A DNA stretch of 64,000 nt, from the NCBI GenBank assembly GCA_963770935.1, contig CAVYRJ010000014.1, positions 1 through 64,000 of the forward strand, given 5' to 3'. Positions 10,988 to 20,653 of this stretch are shown piece by piece. The first letter of the stretch is position 1. Each line of letters starts with the position of its first letter. Below the pieces are notes generated by a model. The model was given only the letters and a program-made list of their open reading frames with translations. It was not told the origin of the DNA and did not search any database. The stretch comes from Candidatus Bathyarchaeota archaeon (GTDB lineage: Archaea > Thermoproteota > Bathyarchaeia > Bathyarchaeales > Bathycorpusculaceae). Both the position numbers and the translations under genes were made by a program.

Positions 10988-12091
10988 ATGGCAGAAAAAG
11001 ACCTAGGCTACAGACGGGTCCAATGCACTGGACGAGGCTCATACATAATATCCCTACCAAAAGAATGGGTAGAAGACATAGGCTTAAAACGAGGCAGCGA
11101 AATTGCTTTCAACATCCAACCAGACTCCACACTAACACTTGTTCCAAGAACAATCATGGAAAAAGAAGGCAGAGAAGACACCTCCAAACCCAAAGAATAC
11201 CTCATAAACATAGACCCCAAAGAAACCCCGCAATCAACCCTGCGCATGATCCGCGCATTATACGCCATAGGCGCCGACATAATCAGAGTCCGCTTTAAGA
11301 ACACCATAGATGCCGGAAGGCACAAAAACGACATAAAAACTTTCGCCCGCGACCACTTTTTAGGATCAGAAATAATCGATGAAACAACTGACGAAATCAC
11401 CCTCCAAATCTTAATAAAACACTCAGAATTCCCAATTGAAAAAGCCGTCCGAAGAATGGCAATCGTTGCTCTGGCAGCAAACAGAGATGCCATCGCCGCC
11501 CTAAAGGACCGTAGCACTGTTCTGTTCGACAGCGTTATTGGCGCTCACAACGACGTAAACCGCCTTGGCCTCTATATCGTTCGCCAATTAAAATACGGCA
11601 TAGAACGGAACCTATACCGTGAACTAGGTTTTAGAACACCCAAAGAATTTCTCCTATACCGCATAGCAATAAACGACATAGAAAGCATCGCCCAAAACGC
11701 AATGAACATAATAAACAACCTTGGCGCCCTCCAAAAACTAATCGACGATGAAACACTATTTATAAAAGACCCCGTGGACGAGGAAATATACAATCAGCTA
11801 GTCTATTTCAGTTCACAAGCACACCAACTCTACGATGACTCCATAAAAGCACTCTTCAAACGAGAATACAAGGACGCCGAAAAATTAATCTCCAAACGAG
11901 AAGCACTTATTCCGCTCGAAAACGAACTAATCATGCTTATGTCAAGCAAAAAACTCGACCCAAACATCGCTTCAGTACTGAGGTTAATCTTTGACAGTTC
12001 AAGGCGCATAATGGATTACAGCCGAAGTATGGCAGAACTAACACTTAACCGCACAGTAGAAGAAATCTGCTCAACACTCACTTACAAATAG
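10988..12091 (+). CDS. AbrB/PhoU-family transcriptional regulator
   Basis: RRVQCTGRGSYIISLPKEW AbrB-type N-terminus followed by helical PhoU-like repeats; ATG at 10988 after AGGTG. Confidence 0.85.
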   Translation: MAEKDLGYRRVQCTGRGSYIISLPKEWVEDIGLKRGSEIAFNIQPDSTLTLVPRTIMEKEGREDTSKPKEYLINIDPKETPQSTLRMIRALYAIGADIIRVRFKNTIDAGRHKNDIKTFARDHFLGSEIIDETTDEITLQILIKHSEFPIEKAVRRMAIVALAANRDAIAALKDRSTVLFDSVIGAHNDVNRLGLYIVRQLKYGIERNLYRELGFRTPKEFLLYRIAINDIESIAQNAMNIINNLGALQKLIDDETLFIKDPVDEEIYNQLVYFSSQAHQLYDDSIKALFKREYKDAEKLISKREALIPLENELIMLMSSKKLDPNIASVLRLIFDSSRRIMDYSRSMAELTLNRTVEEICSTLTYK

Positions 12092-12118
12092 TCTCTTTTT
12101 TTCAAAAAATTGAGTGGT

Positions 12119-12196
12119 TGGTGCTCCGGCCGGGATTTGGACCCGGGTCGCCGACTCGAGAGGCCGGCATACTTGACCGGACTATACTACCGGAGC
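12119..12196 (-). tRNA. tRNA-Glu(CTC), CCA encoded
   Basis: GCTCCGG acceptor stem, anticodon loop CTCTCGA, T arm CCGGG-TCCAAAT-CCCGG, ACCA end. Confidence 0.95.
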
Positions 12197-12452
12197 ATGG
12201 CTTAGCGTAGATACAGATTTCTCCTGTATTAATTTACTTTCCTCTCTGTGCAACAACAGATTCGTAAATGTGGGTAACTTAACCCAAAATTTTTAACGTA
12301 TAGGTTATCAACAACAGAGCATCCAACTAAATCCGACAATAACAGAAGTTGGAACTTCAGCGTCAATGGTTGTTACGATAATATTGTTGGTTGCTGTTTT
12401 CAAAAAACGAAAATCAACTTAATTAAAAAGAAAAATTAAAGGGGAAAATTAT

Positions 12453-14102
12453 TTATTCTTCGCCCATGCCGCCCGGCATTCCGCCTGGGCCACCTGGACC
12501 GCCTTTGGGTGCTTTGGATGTGATGACGTCATCGATGCGTAGTATCATGGCTGCCGATTCGGCTGCTGATTTTATGGCTTGTTCTTTGACCACTATTGGT
12601 TCGATTACGCCGTTTTCGATGCTGTTTTGCAGTTTGCCTGTGAATACGTTAATGCCCATATACTTGCCGTTTTCTTTGTCGTGAACTTGTCGTAGTTCGA
12701 CAAGTATGTCGATTGGCTCTAAGCCTGCGTTCTCTGCGAGTGTGCGTGGAATTACTTCGACTGCGTCTGCGAATGCTTCTACTGCTAGTTGTTCTCTTCC
12801 GCCGACTTTGGTTGCGTACTTGCGTAGTTCTTTTGCAATTTCGATTTCGACTGCTCCGCCACCTGCGACGATTCGGTTGTTTTCTATCACGTCTGAAACA
12901 ACTGAGAGTGAGTCGGTCATGGCTCTTTCTGCTTCATCAACCATGCGTTCTAGTCCTGCGCGTATGAGGATCGCGACTGAGTGAGGGTCTTTGCATTTTT
13001 CGACAAATATCATTTTGTCGTCGCCGATTTTGCGTTCTTCAACGTGACCTGCGCTGCCTAGGTCTGCTTTCTTTAGGTCATCTAGGTCGCTTACTATTCT
13101 TCCGCCTGTGGCTCTTGCGAGTTTTTCCATGTCGGATTCTTTTACGCGTCTTGCTGCAATGATGCCCTCTTTGGATAAGAAGTGTTGTACCATGTCGTCG
13201 ATGCCTTTTTGGCAGAAGATTACATCTGCGCCTGAGGCTTTGATTTTAGTAACCATGTCTTGCATCATGTCAGTTTCTTGGTCTAGGAACGCTTTCATCT
13301 GTTTGGGGTCTTTGATGCGGATTTCAGCGGTGATTTCGGTTTTTTCGATTTCTAAGGCTGAATCTAAGAGTGCAATCTTTGCGTTTTCTTTGATTTTTGG
13401 CATCCCTGGGCTGACTACTTCTTTATCTATGATTATACCTTGGATTAGTTGTGTTTCAAGGAGGCTTTTGCCTGTTTTCTTGACGAGTTGGATGTTGTCT
13501 ATGTCGGCAATTGTCTTGTCTCCACGCTGTTCAGCGATTTGTTTGACTGCGTCTATTGATATTTCTGCAAGGTGGTCTCTTGCTGAGCCAACTGCTTTGC
13601 TGCTCATTGAGGTTAATGCAACTTTGAGGAGTGTTTTTCGGTCGTTGATGTCGAGTGGTACGGCCATTTTTCCTATGGCTTCGATTGCTTTTACTGAGGC
13701 TTTGCGATAGCCGCTTACCAGAATGGTTGGGTGTATGTTTTGGTCGAGGAGTTCTTCAGCTTTTTTGAGTAATTCGCTCGCGAGGACGACTGCGGATGTG
13801 GTTCCGTCGCCTACCATGTCATCTTGGGTTTTTGCGATTTCCACCATCATTTTTGCTGCTGGGTGTTCTACGTCGATTTCTTTAAGGATGGCTGCGCCGT
13901 CGTTTGTGATTGTGATGTCGCCTAGGCTGTCGATGAGCATTTTATCCATGCCCCTTGGGCCTAGAGTTGTTTTTAGTACTTCGCCGATTACTCGTGCTGC
14001 CATAATGTTGTTTCTTTGGGCTTCTTTGCCTCTGCTTCTTGTTGTTCCTTCTTTAAGGATGAGGACTGGTTGTCCTGACCCTGTTGTTGTTAAATACGCC
14101 AT
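12453..14102 (-). CDS. ths: thermosome (group II chaperonin) subunit
   Basis: TLGPRGMDKML, ITNDGA, GDGTTS, ILRIDDVI; GGP/GGM tail. Confidence 0.98.
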   Translation of the reverse strand: MAYLTTTGSGQPVLILKEGTTRSRGKEAQRNNIMAARVIGEVLKTTLGPRGMDKMLIDSLGDITITNDGAAILKEIDVEHPAAKMMVEIAKTQDDMVGDGTTSAVVLASELLKKAEELLDQNIHPTILVSGYRKASVKAIEAIGKMAVPLDINDRKTLLKVALTSMSSKAVGSARDHLAEISIDAVKQIAEQRGDKTIADIDNIQLVKKTGKSLLETQLIQGIIIDKEVVSPGMPKIKENAKIALLDSALEIEKTEITAEIRIKDPKQMKAFLDQETDMMQDMVTKIKASGADVIFCQKGIDDMVQHFLSKEGIIAARRVKESDMEKLARATGGRIVSDLDDLKKADLGSAGHVEERKIGDDKMIFVEKCKDPHSVAILIRAGLERMVDEAERAMTDSLSVVSDVIENNRIVAGGGAVEIEIAKELRKYATKVGGREQLAVEAFADAVEVIPRTLAENAGLEPIDILVELRQVHDKENGKYMGINVFTGKLQNSIENGVIEPIVVKEQAIKSAAESAAMILRIDDVITSKAPKGGPGGPGGMPGGMGEE

Positions 14103-14411
14103 ATTATCATTCCCTACTTACTAGAATATGTTTAGTTCGGATTATTGCAAAAATCAAACGCAAATATAAACTTTAAGGCTTAATGATGAATTTGTTGGTC
14201 TTGTTCATTATGAAGTAGTGATTTTTAGCTGTTTTTTCTCTCAGTTGTTTATCCATCTTCTTTTCGGAACTCTTTTTCTGATCCCCCTATTCATATTATA
14301 AAGGCTGGCTGATGCAAAGTGACTAAAGGTGATTCTCTTCGGCTGAGGCAGGGGCTAAAGCAAAAGCAAAAATAACCTCAACAGCACATTTCATTCCTTG
14401 AGATACTTTCC

Positions 14412-14939
14412 ATGATTAACGGCTTTAACCTCATAGCTACTACTTCTCGCGGTAACGAACGCCCAATGATCAACGAAATTCTCTACCTTCTCAAGGACGA
14501 GTTAGGAGACACACAAGCACAGGCCGCCAAAACAAAAATCCGAGGCTTAATCGTCGCCAAAACCGCACTCGACCCATACATTGTGATAGAAAAATTTCAT
14601 ATCATCCTAAAAGAACGCCCCTACGAGTTCCGCTATGCCTTGAGAATCCTGCCCATCGAGCGAGTTGTGCCTACGGATTTGGAGGAAATTAAACGGGCAA
14701 CCGCAGAATTAGCAGCGAAAATAAGCGAGAAAGAAACCTTTAGAGTTACCGTTGAAAAACGCTTCACTACTCTCCACACCAAAGACCTCATTGAGGCAGC
14801 GGCAGGAGATATCAAACAAAAAGCCAACCTTAAAAATCCAGATAAAATCTTACTTATTGAGGTTCTTGGCGCATTAACCGGGTTGTCGTTATTAAAGCCC
14901 AGTGATATCTTAGCAGTTGTTAAAGAGAAAATGCTTTAA
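14412..14939 (+). CDS. stand-alone THUMP domain RNA-binding protein
   Basis: TFRVTVEKR ... ANLKNPDKILLIEVLG THUMP pattern. Confidence 0.85.
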   Translation: MINGFNLIATTSRGNERPMINEILYLLKDELGDTQAQAAKTKIRGLIVAKTALDPYIVIEKFHIILKERPYEFRYALRILPIERVVPTDLEEIKRATAELAAKISEKETFRVTVEKRFTTLHTKDLIEAAAGDIKQKANLKNPDKILLIEVLGALTGLSLLKPSDILAVVKEKML

Positions 14940-14941
14940 CT

Positions 14942-15505
14942 TTATAGTTGAGTCGATAGCAGGGCAACACGCTCAATAACTAAGTTGACAATTGCCTTTT
15001 TTTGGTTACAGTATTCTATAGTTCTTTGTTCTGTATCTGTAATTTCGAAGGTTTTTTTGATTTTTTCTTCCTTAGCTTTTGTCATTTCGAGAACGCTCTC
15101 ATTAGGTTCACTGCCAACGCATTTGGCTACTGCTTGTTGCACATCTTGTATTTGCTTTGGGTCTGTGTCGATTATTATCATTGCCATGTTTTTGGTTTGA
15201 GGTTTTATCCCGCAGCGTTCGATAGCTCTTTGTATTTGATGCTGAGCTGAAGCATACAGGATTGTTTCCATGGCTAGGCTCTTTGAGAGGTTTGTTTTGT
15301 TCTTGAAGACTTGCAGAGCATTTAGGATTGCGAAATAGAGATGCTCTGGCGTGGCGATTAATTCAGCGTCGAAGAACTGGATCTCAAAGTTTTGCCGAGT
15401 TTGTTTTCGGCTGGTCTTCAAAAAAGCTTCAACCTTATCGAAATCAACGTCTTGGTAACCTGTTATTTCCACATATACGCCATATTCATGTATGTACTTT
15501 AGCAT
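14942..15505 (-). CDS. cgi121: KEOPS complex subunit Cgi121
   Basis: QFFDA, HLYFAILNA, SLAMETILYASAQHQIQRAI..G, VIERVALL. Confidence 0.88.
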   Translation of the reverse strand: MLKYIHEYGVYVEITGYQDVDFDKVEAFLKTSRKQTRQNFEIQFFDAELIATPEHLYFAILNALQVFKNKTNLSKSLAMETILYASAQHQIQRAIERCGIKPQTKNMAMIIIDTDPKQIQDVQQAVAKCVGSEPNESVLEMTKAKEEKIKKTFEITDTEQRTIEYCNQKKAIVNLVIERVALLSTQL

Positions 15506-16100
15506 TCTTGGTCCCTGCCTTAATGGCTTTTAAGAGTTTTTCAGCTAGTTGTTTTGGTAAGCCAGCTTTTACTAGTTTTGCAACTTCATGGTTTAATCTG
15601 CGTTTGCCGTGTTGCCTCTGAATTATTTTTCTAAGGGTCTCTTTGGTATCCCAAGGAAAGACAACCCAGCTTGCGGTTTGTTTTTCGTAGAAGTCTGGGG
15701 TTGTTGAGGATTGGGGTTTTTTGTATAGAGTAGCTGTTTTGATTTGGCAGGCGCCTTGTTGTTGGAGGTAGGTTTTGGCGAGGTTTAGGCTTCTTCCTGT
15801 GTCTGCGATGTCGTCGACCAGAAGCGTTTTTTTTCCCAACACCTGAATAGTTAAGTTTTGTTTTAGCGTTGGTTCTTGTCGAGTTTTGTTGATATCTTTA
15901 TAGAATTCTATGTGGATATATCCAAGTTCTTGGATTTCTAAAAGATCAGTTAGGGTGCGAGCGGGTATTAAGCCGCCTTTCGCGATGGCGATGATTATGT
16001 CTGGTTTGTAGTTTTGGTTCTGAATCTTTTGAGTTTGGCTTAACAGCATGTCGTAGATTTGGTTCCATGTTGGAACTTCGTACTCAATATTGGCAGCCAT
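15486..16100 (-). CDS. type I phosphoribosyltransferase (purine PRT-like)
   Basis: IAIAKGGLIPA, LLVDDIADTGRSL PRPP motif, PDFY..WVVFPW. Confidence 0.9.
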   Translation of the reverse strand: MAANIEYEVPTWNQIYDMLLSQTQKIQNQNYKPDIIIAIAKGGLIPARTLTDLLEIQELGYIHIEFYKDINKTRQEPTLKQNLTIQVLGKKTLLVDDIADTGRSLNLAKTYLQQQGACQIKTATLYKKPQSSTTPDFYEKQTASWVVFPWDTKETLRKIIQRQHGKRRLNHEVAKLVKAGLPKQLAEKLLKAIKAGTKNAKVHT

Positions 16101-16425
16101 CGCTTTTTCCTCTTATGAATGGGAGTTACTTTTTTTGTTTCTGTTAAGCCTTTCGATACTTCAAATTCTCAATGCAATTAATTTCGATTAGTTTTTTGGT
16201 ATTTGACTATTTAGCAGTTTCTTGTGCATGTGGTTCCATTTTTATATTCGTTTTTGTTAGTGCTTGATTTGTTTTTTTGCTTGCTTGGTTGCATATTTAT
16301 TAAGGTGTTATGGCAATTAATTTTATTCGAGAGATAGACGTCTGGAGATATGTGTCGTATTTCGTAATATAGTTTAAATGCTTTGACGTCTTTTCCAATA
16401 CTAAAAATGAAAGGAGACTTGAAAA

Positions 16426-16767
16426 ATGGTGAAGAATATGGATGAAGAGAAGATAAAGCGCGTGCTCACAGAGCCCAAACTGGCTGCTATCAAATCAATG
16501 CTCGAAAAAGACCATGCTATCGACTGTTTGCTGCTGCTCCATGTTGGTCGCGGTAAATGGAAGGATGCTAAAGACTTCATGAAAGACAATAACTTAACTC
16601 TTAGCGATGGCACCTTTAGGGCTAGGATGATTGAGATTGAATCCTTGGGTTTAGCCAAGAGTGAACGCATCGATCCACTAAAGAAGTATTATGTTAAGAC
16701 TGAACTCGGGGAAAAAGTAGCGAATCTTCTTCTCGGTTTTTTTGACGAGCTTGAGCTGAAAAGCTAG
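16426..16767 (+). CDS. winged-helix DNA-binding protein
   Basis: LSDGTFRARMIEIESLGL...YYVKTELGEKV recognition helix and wing pattern. Confidence 0.65.
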   Translation: MVKNMDEEKIKRVLTEPKLAAIKSMLEKDHAIDCLLLLHVGRGKWKDAKDFMKDNNLTLSDGTFRARMIEIESLGLAKSERIDPLKKYYVKTELGEKVANLLLGFFDELELKS

Positions 16768-16927
16768 GTATTAGCAATCAAAGGCTCATAGCCGTTTTTT
16801 TATATCATTATTTTTTTGTATTTGTAGTCGCGTTCTACAGATTCTTACTATGGTATAGTAAGACGTAAGATTTATAGGGCTGAATCTGTCGATAAATATA
16901 ACAAACCTACAAAAGGTAATAAGAAAA

Positions 16928-17370
16928 ATGAACACATACCTAAGAAAAATAAAGAAAAACTCGAAAGCATTAAGCCCCGTAGTCGCATCAATCATCTTGA
17001 TCGCAGTTACAGTTGCAGTCAGCGTCGTCGTTGCAGCATGGATGGGAGGAATGACCATTGGATTTCATGGGAAACGCAGAACAAATCTCTGTCACAAATG
17101 TTGCAGTTTGCTGATGGTACAAGTCCCGCTGCGATACAATTATACGTTAGTGGTGCGAAACAATGGAGGAGCCGATGCAAGTATTAGCAAAGTCTATGTA
17201 AACGAGCAGGTGTAGCACTAAGCACATTCACCACCGCTATCTTAGAAAAGGTGCTATACATTTACGTGACTTCACCATTACAATTGAGCTGCAAGCACTA
17301 GCTTATCAATTCAAATTGACAACGGCAAACGGTACCAATGTATTCAATACTCACAGTATACAACCCATAA
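16928..17370 (+). CDS. archaeal type IV pilin/archaellin-like protein (frameshifted)
   Basis: Class III signal peptide KKNSKA/LSPVVASIILIAVTVAVSVVVAAW; frame switches near 17063 to MGNAEQISVTNV; later VRNNGGADASISKVYVN and YQFKLTTANG segments. Confidence 0.8.
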
Positions 17371-17467
17371 ATTTCAACAGACGTAGCTTAGAAATTCGGG
17401 GTAAGGTGAAGGAATCTTCACCCAACTTTCCTCTTTCTCTCTTTAAAAAAATAGGAAGTAACAAATC

Positions 17468-17893
17468 ATGGTAACACAAATCAAAGAATACACATCCGCC
17501 CAAGCCATAGCCGACGCCTTAGACAAACAACTGTCTGAAACCAAAAGCGTACTGGGCGAATACCTGCGAAAACTCGATGAAATCCGCACGCTAGCGGAAA
17601 AATCAAAAAAAGTCCGTGAAGTTGTCCTCAAGCTTGCGGGCAAAAAAGCCCCAACAGAGAACTCCAGCGAAATCACGGTAGGAACATTAAACATTGTTTT
17701 GGACGCTAACCCATCCCACGAGTTAACCGCCATAGAATCGGTTGTGCGCAGCCACCAAGAACGGCTCCTCGTTTTGCAGAGGGTTCGTGAAGCATTAAAA
17801 TGGCTTGACCAACTGGGCGACACGGAAGGTCTTAGGTACCTTGTGGTAGAAGACGAAGGCATTCCTGAACGGATACTATTCAAAATATCCTGA
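17468..17893 (+). CDS. hypothetical coiled-coil protein
   Basis: 141-aa ORF, two long amphipathic helices, co-oriented with downstream roadblock-like genes. Confidence 0.75.
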   Translation: MVTQIKEYTSAQAIADALDKQLSETKSVLGEYLRKLDEIRTLAEKSKKVREVVLKLAGKKAPTENSSEITVGTLNIVLDANPSHELTAIESVVRSHQERLLVLQRVREALKWLDQLGDTEGLRYLVVEDEGIPERILFKIS

Positions 17894-17914
17894 CCCTGAA
17901 AGGAGTACTAAACG

Positions 17915-18724
17915 GTGACTGAGGCTTATTCGAATCCACTCCAAACATTCATAGATGAATTCAAAAACATTAGCCCAGAAACCACAAATGCCTTAATTTT
18001 CAAAAGCGACGGCCAAATCATAGCCAATACCCAAGCTACAACCGAAGACCAAACCAAGAAACTAATCGACTATTTTAACAACATATCACAGTATGCTGAA
18101 ACCATCGGCGGTATAGAAAACCTAACAATCCAAGCAGCTGAAAGGCAACTAAACATAACCGCAATAAATAGCAATTATTTGGCAACGGTTTCTTCGCGGG
18201 CAGCCAACCAAGAAATCGTTAAGTCATTAACGCACGTTTTGGTTCCTACAGTTGTACGGCTTGTTGACCAAGTTGCATCTATGCCTAAAGAAACCGAACT
18301 GCCCCAAACCATTCGGCTCGATAGTCCATTAACTGAAGAAACTGTTTTACCCGTTGAAGAAAAACCACAAATTGAACCCATACCTGAATTGCAACTACCC
18401 TTCGAGCCGTTTCTTCCCATAACACCGATAAACCAGTTTATGGTTGAAAAAATCGGAGGCCTCCTCGTCCCAGCTGACACCGTGCGAATCGATGCTGATG
18501 TGATAGCTAAATGGAGCGACCTCTATGACGGCAAACAAATCACTATGGTAAACATAGAAGCTTTAGATGGTAAAAGGACCACCTGCAAGTTCAAACCGAT
18601 AAAGGAAGCTAAAACCAATGCCAAAGGTATAATTCAAATTCCAGAAAAAATCCTTCAAACATTGCAAAGTGAAAAGGGCAAACTGGTTATGGTGAAGCCA
18701 GTAATCGATAAGGCAGAGGTATGA
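17915..18724 (+). CDS. roadblock/LC7-like domain + Pro/Glu linker + double-psi beta-barrel-like domain
   Basis: NALIFKSDGQIIA roadblock-like strand; EEKPQIEPIPELQLP linker; KGIIQIPEKILQTL..KGKLVMVKP resembles the CDC48 N-domain. Confidence 0.6.
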   Translation: MTEAYSNPLQTFIDEFKNISPETTNALIFKSDGQIIANTQATTEDQTKKLIDYFNNISQYAETIGGIENLTIQAAERQLNITAINSNYLATVSSRAANQEIVKSLTHVLVPTVVRLVDQVASMPKETELPQTIRLDSPLTEETVLPVEEKPQIEPIPELQLPFEPFLPITPINQFMVEKIGGLLVPADTVRIDADVIAKWSDLYDGKQITMVNIEALDGKRTTCKFKPIKEAKTNAKGIIQIPEKILQTLQSEKGKLVMVKPVIDKAEV

Positions 18725-19129
18725 TTTTGAAACAAAAAACAAGCGCGGGACTCGAAACCTTACTCCCTGACAGTGCCCCTGTTATTTCACTCGGGGATGA
18801 TAATTCTGTGTTCACAAACTTGGCAGCTAGTTTAGCTGAAATACGCAAACTCAAAGGAGTTATGGGTTATATTCTAAGAAGCGACACCTCAGCCATAATA
18901 GATCTGACTGGGCAGGAGAAAATAATCGAGTACGCCGTCCTATCCTCCCAAATCTCAGAATCAAGTATTCGAAATGGCAATACAATTTAATATGACGGAT
19001 TTAGAGAGTGTGTTGGTGGAGGGCAAAAGCGTTAAAGTGCTCTGCATGAGTGTAAGCGTCAACAGAATCAGCGTTTTTATGGAGAAAACCGCCACTCACG
19101 CGGGGATAATACAAAGAATTCTCCTCTAA
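18721..19129 (+). CDS. roadblock/LC7-like protein (frameshift near 18967)
   Basis: LAEIRKLKGVMGYILRS start; continues in another frame as EMAIQFNMTDLESVLVEGKSVKVLC..ISVFMEK to TAA 19129. Confidence 0.65.
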
Positions 19130-19337
19130 ATAGCCCTTATTTTCTTGTCTGCACTGTTTTTAACATTTCAAAGATGCTGAAACTTTGATTCCGACCTATC
19201 CCTGAATTTTTAACATTTTGGGTCACTTTAGGTTTGGTTCTTCAATGAACCTGTTGCTTTTTTCTTGTAGATAAAGGATTAGACAGCACTTCAGCTTAAG
19301 AACATCTAGGAGAGTGAGAAATTGAAACGTGATTATA

Positions 19338-19550
19338 TTAGGCTTGTGCCTGTTTGTTTTCTCTTTGCTGCCGCAGAAGAGTAGCCGCCAGTGTCGCCAA
19401 GAAAATTATTGTGAAAACTATAACTGCGATACCTATTTTGTAGGAGATTTCCATGTCAACGTAAAAGAGCGCTAAAACAGACACCAACATCAACCCTAAA
19501 ACAAGCGCTTCTTGAATTCCATTAAAAACCTTCAGACTTCCAAAACTCAA
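19338..19550 (-). CDS. small two-helix membrane protein
   Basis: Two hydrophobic segments; GGTGGAG-like RBS upstream of TTG. Confidence 0.65.
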   Translation of the reverse strand: MSFGSLKVFNGIQEALVLGLMLVSVLALFYVDMEISYKIGIAVIVFTIIFLATLAATLLRQQRENKQAQA

Positions 19551-19789
19551 TTTTCAACTCACCACTTTTCATGCTCTTGCATAAGCATACAATATTAATT
19601 TCTACTTTAAAACTTTATTTTTATGTTAATTGCCAAAGCTGCTAAAGTCGTAATCATTTTTCGAAAGATAAGTCAAATCAAACCCTTTGCAAGAAAATTC
19701 TTCTGCTGTCTGAAATTTTATTGAAAAATCAATATTAAGTATAAGAAAATTGAGGATATGCTGTTTAAATGTGGTCAGTGGTCAGTTCT

Positions 19790-20190
19790 TTTACTCGTGT
19801 TTCGATGAATTCAGCGGCATATACGCTGGTTTGGTCCGTTTACGAATAATGGGCGGAATGGTTCGTAAAGGCGCTTTTACTAAGGAGGGTAACGGGTGCT
19901 GCGTTAGACTATGCTGGAATGCGCTTCTACGCATGTTTACAAATATGATACTCGGATTAGTCGATCGTATAGGTGCTTAGCTGGCAGGAAAGGGAAGAAA
20001 ACTGCCAGGGCTGCAGCTGCCAAGAAACTTTTAGTGGTTTGTTTTTCGCTGTTTAAGAATAAGCAGCCGTTTTATAATTTCCTTAGATTGTTTCACCGTG
20101 AAGAACTGTCCCTTTAATGTGGACGTGTTGATGATTGATGAAGGGTTGAATGCGTTGCCATTTTGCCTCTAAGTGAGCGGATAGGTGTTT
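19790..20190 (+). mobile_element. degraded IS110-family transposase 3' remnant
   Basis: YAGLV ... G..RKG.FTKEGN then (frameshifted) MLECASTHV ... RKGKKTARAAAAKKLLVVCFSLFKNKQPF matches the IS110 C-terminal domain pattern; no DEDD domain; boundaries approximate. Confidence 0.75.
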
Positions 20191-20239
20191 GCCTCCATCG
20201 TCAACTAGGAAGGAAGAATGGAAAGAAAGACCCACATAG

Positions 20240-20653
20240 TCAAACTTCACAGAGGTGTTCTCCAGCATCCAGCAGCAACTCTACTTCCACATTTTTCTTT
20301 TTATCCATAAAACAAAGTTCTAGCAACTTTATATATTTAGAAAAAGTCAATTCTGGGATGAGCCATTTTGGACCCACCCAGTCATATGTGCATTCTATTT
20401 TTTCATTTAGACATTTCATTATTAAAATCTCAAGCTGCCGAGCAGCCAATCCGAAAATTTGTTCAAGAGCATCTGAAAAATCGTGAACTCTATCAGGGAT
20501 ATCTTGCCTTGAAATCGCAAATTTACTCTCAAGATAAAAGTATATAGCTGATTTTGAGTTTTCTCCTAAAGTTAAGAAGGCTTTATCAATCGACTCGAGC
20601 AGAATGTCGTTAAATTTCTTTTCACGTTTTCTTTCAAATGTTTTTCTTTTCAA
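20240..20653 (-). CDS. NitrOD5/DUF3227-like archaeal output-domain protein
   Basis: LLESIDKAFLTLGE..IYFYLE..IP.R...FSDALEQIFG.AARQLE pattern. Confidence 0.6.
   Translation of the reverse strand: MKRKTFERKREKKFNDILLESIDKAFLTLGENSKSAIYFYLESKFAISRQDIPDRVHDFSDALEQIFGLAARQLEILIMKCLNEKIECTYDWVGPKWLIPELTFSKYIKLLELCFMDKKKNVEVELLLDAGEHLCEV

Noticed and set aside
12466-14124. Long antisense ORFs over the thermosome (and similar ones over gltB2, infB, ubiD, gltX)
   Set aside because: Shadow frames of strongly biased coding genes
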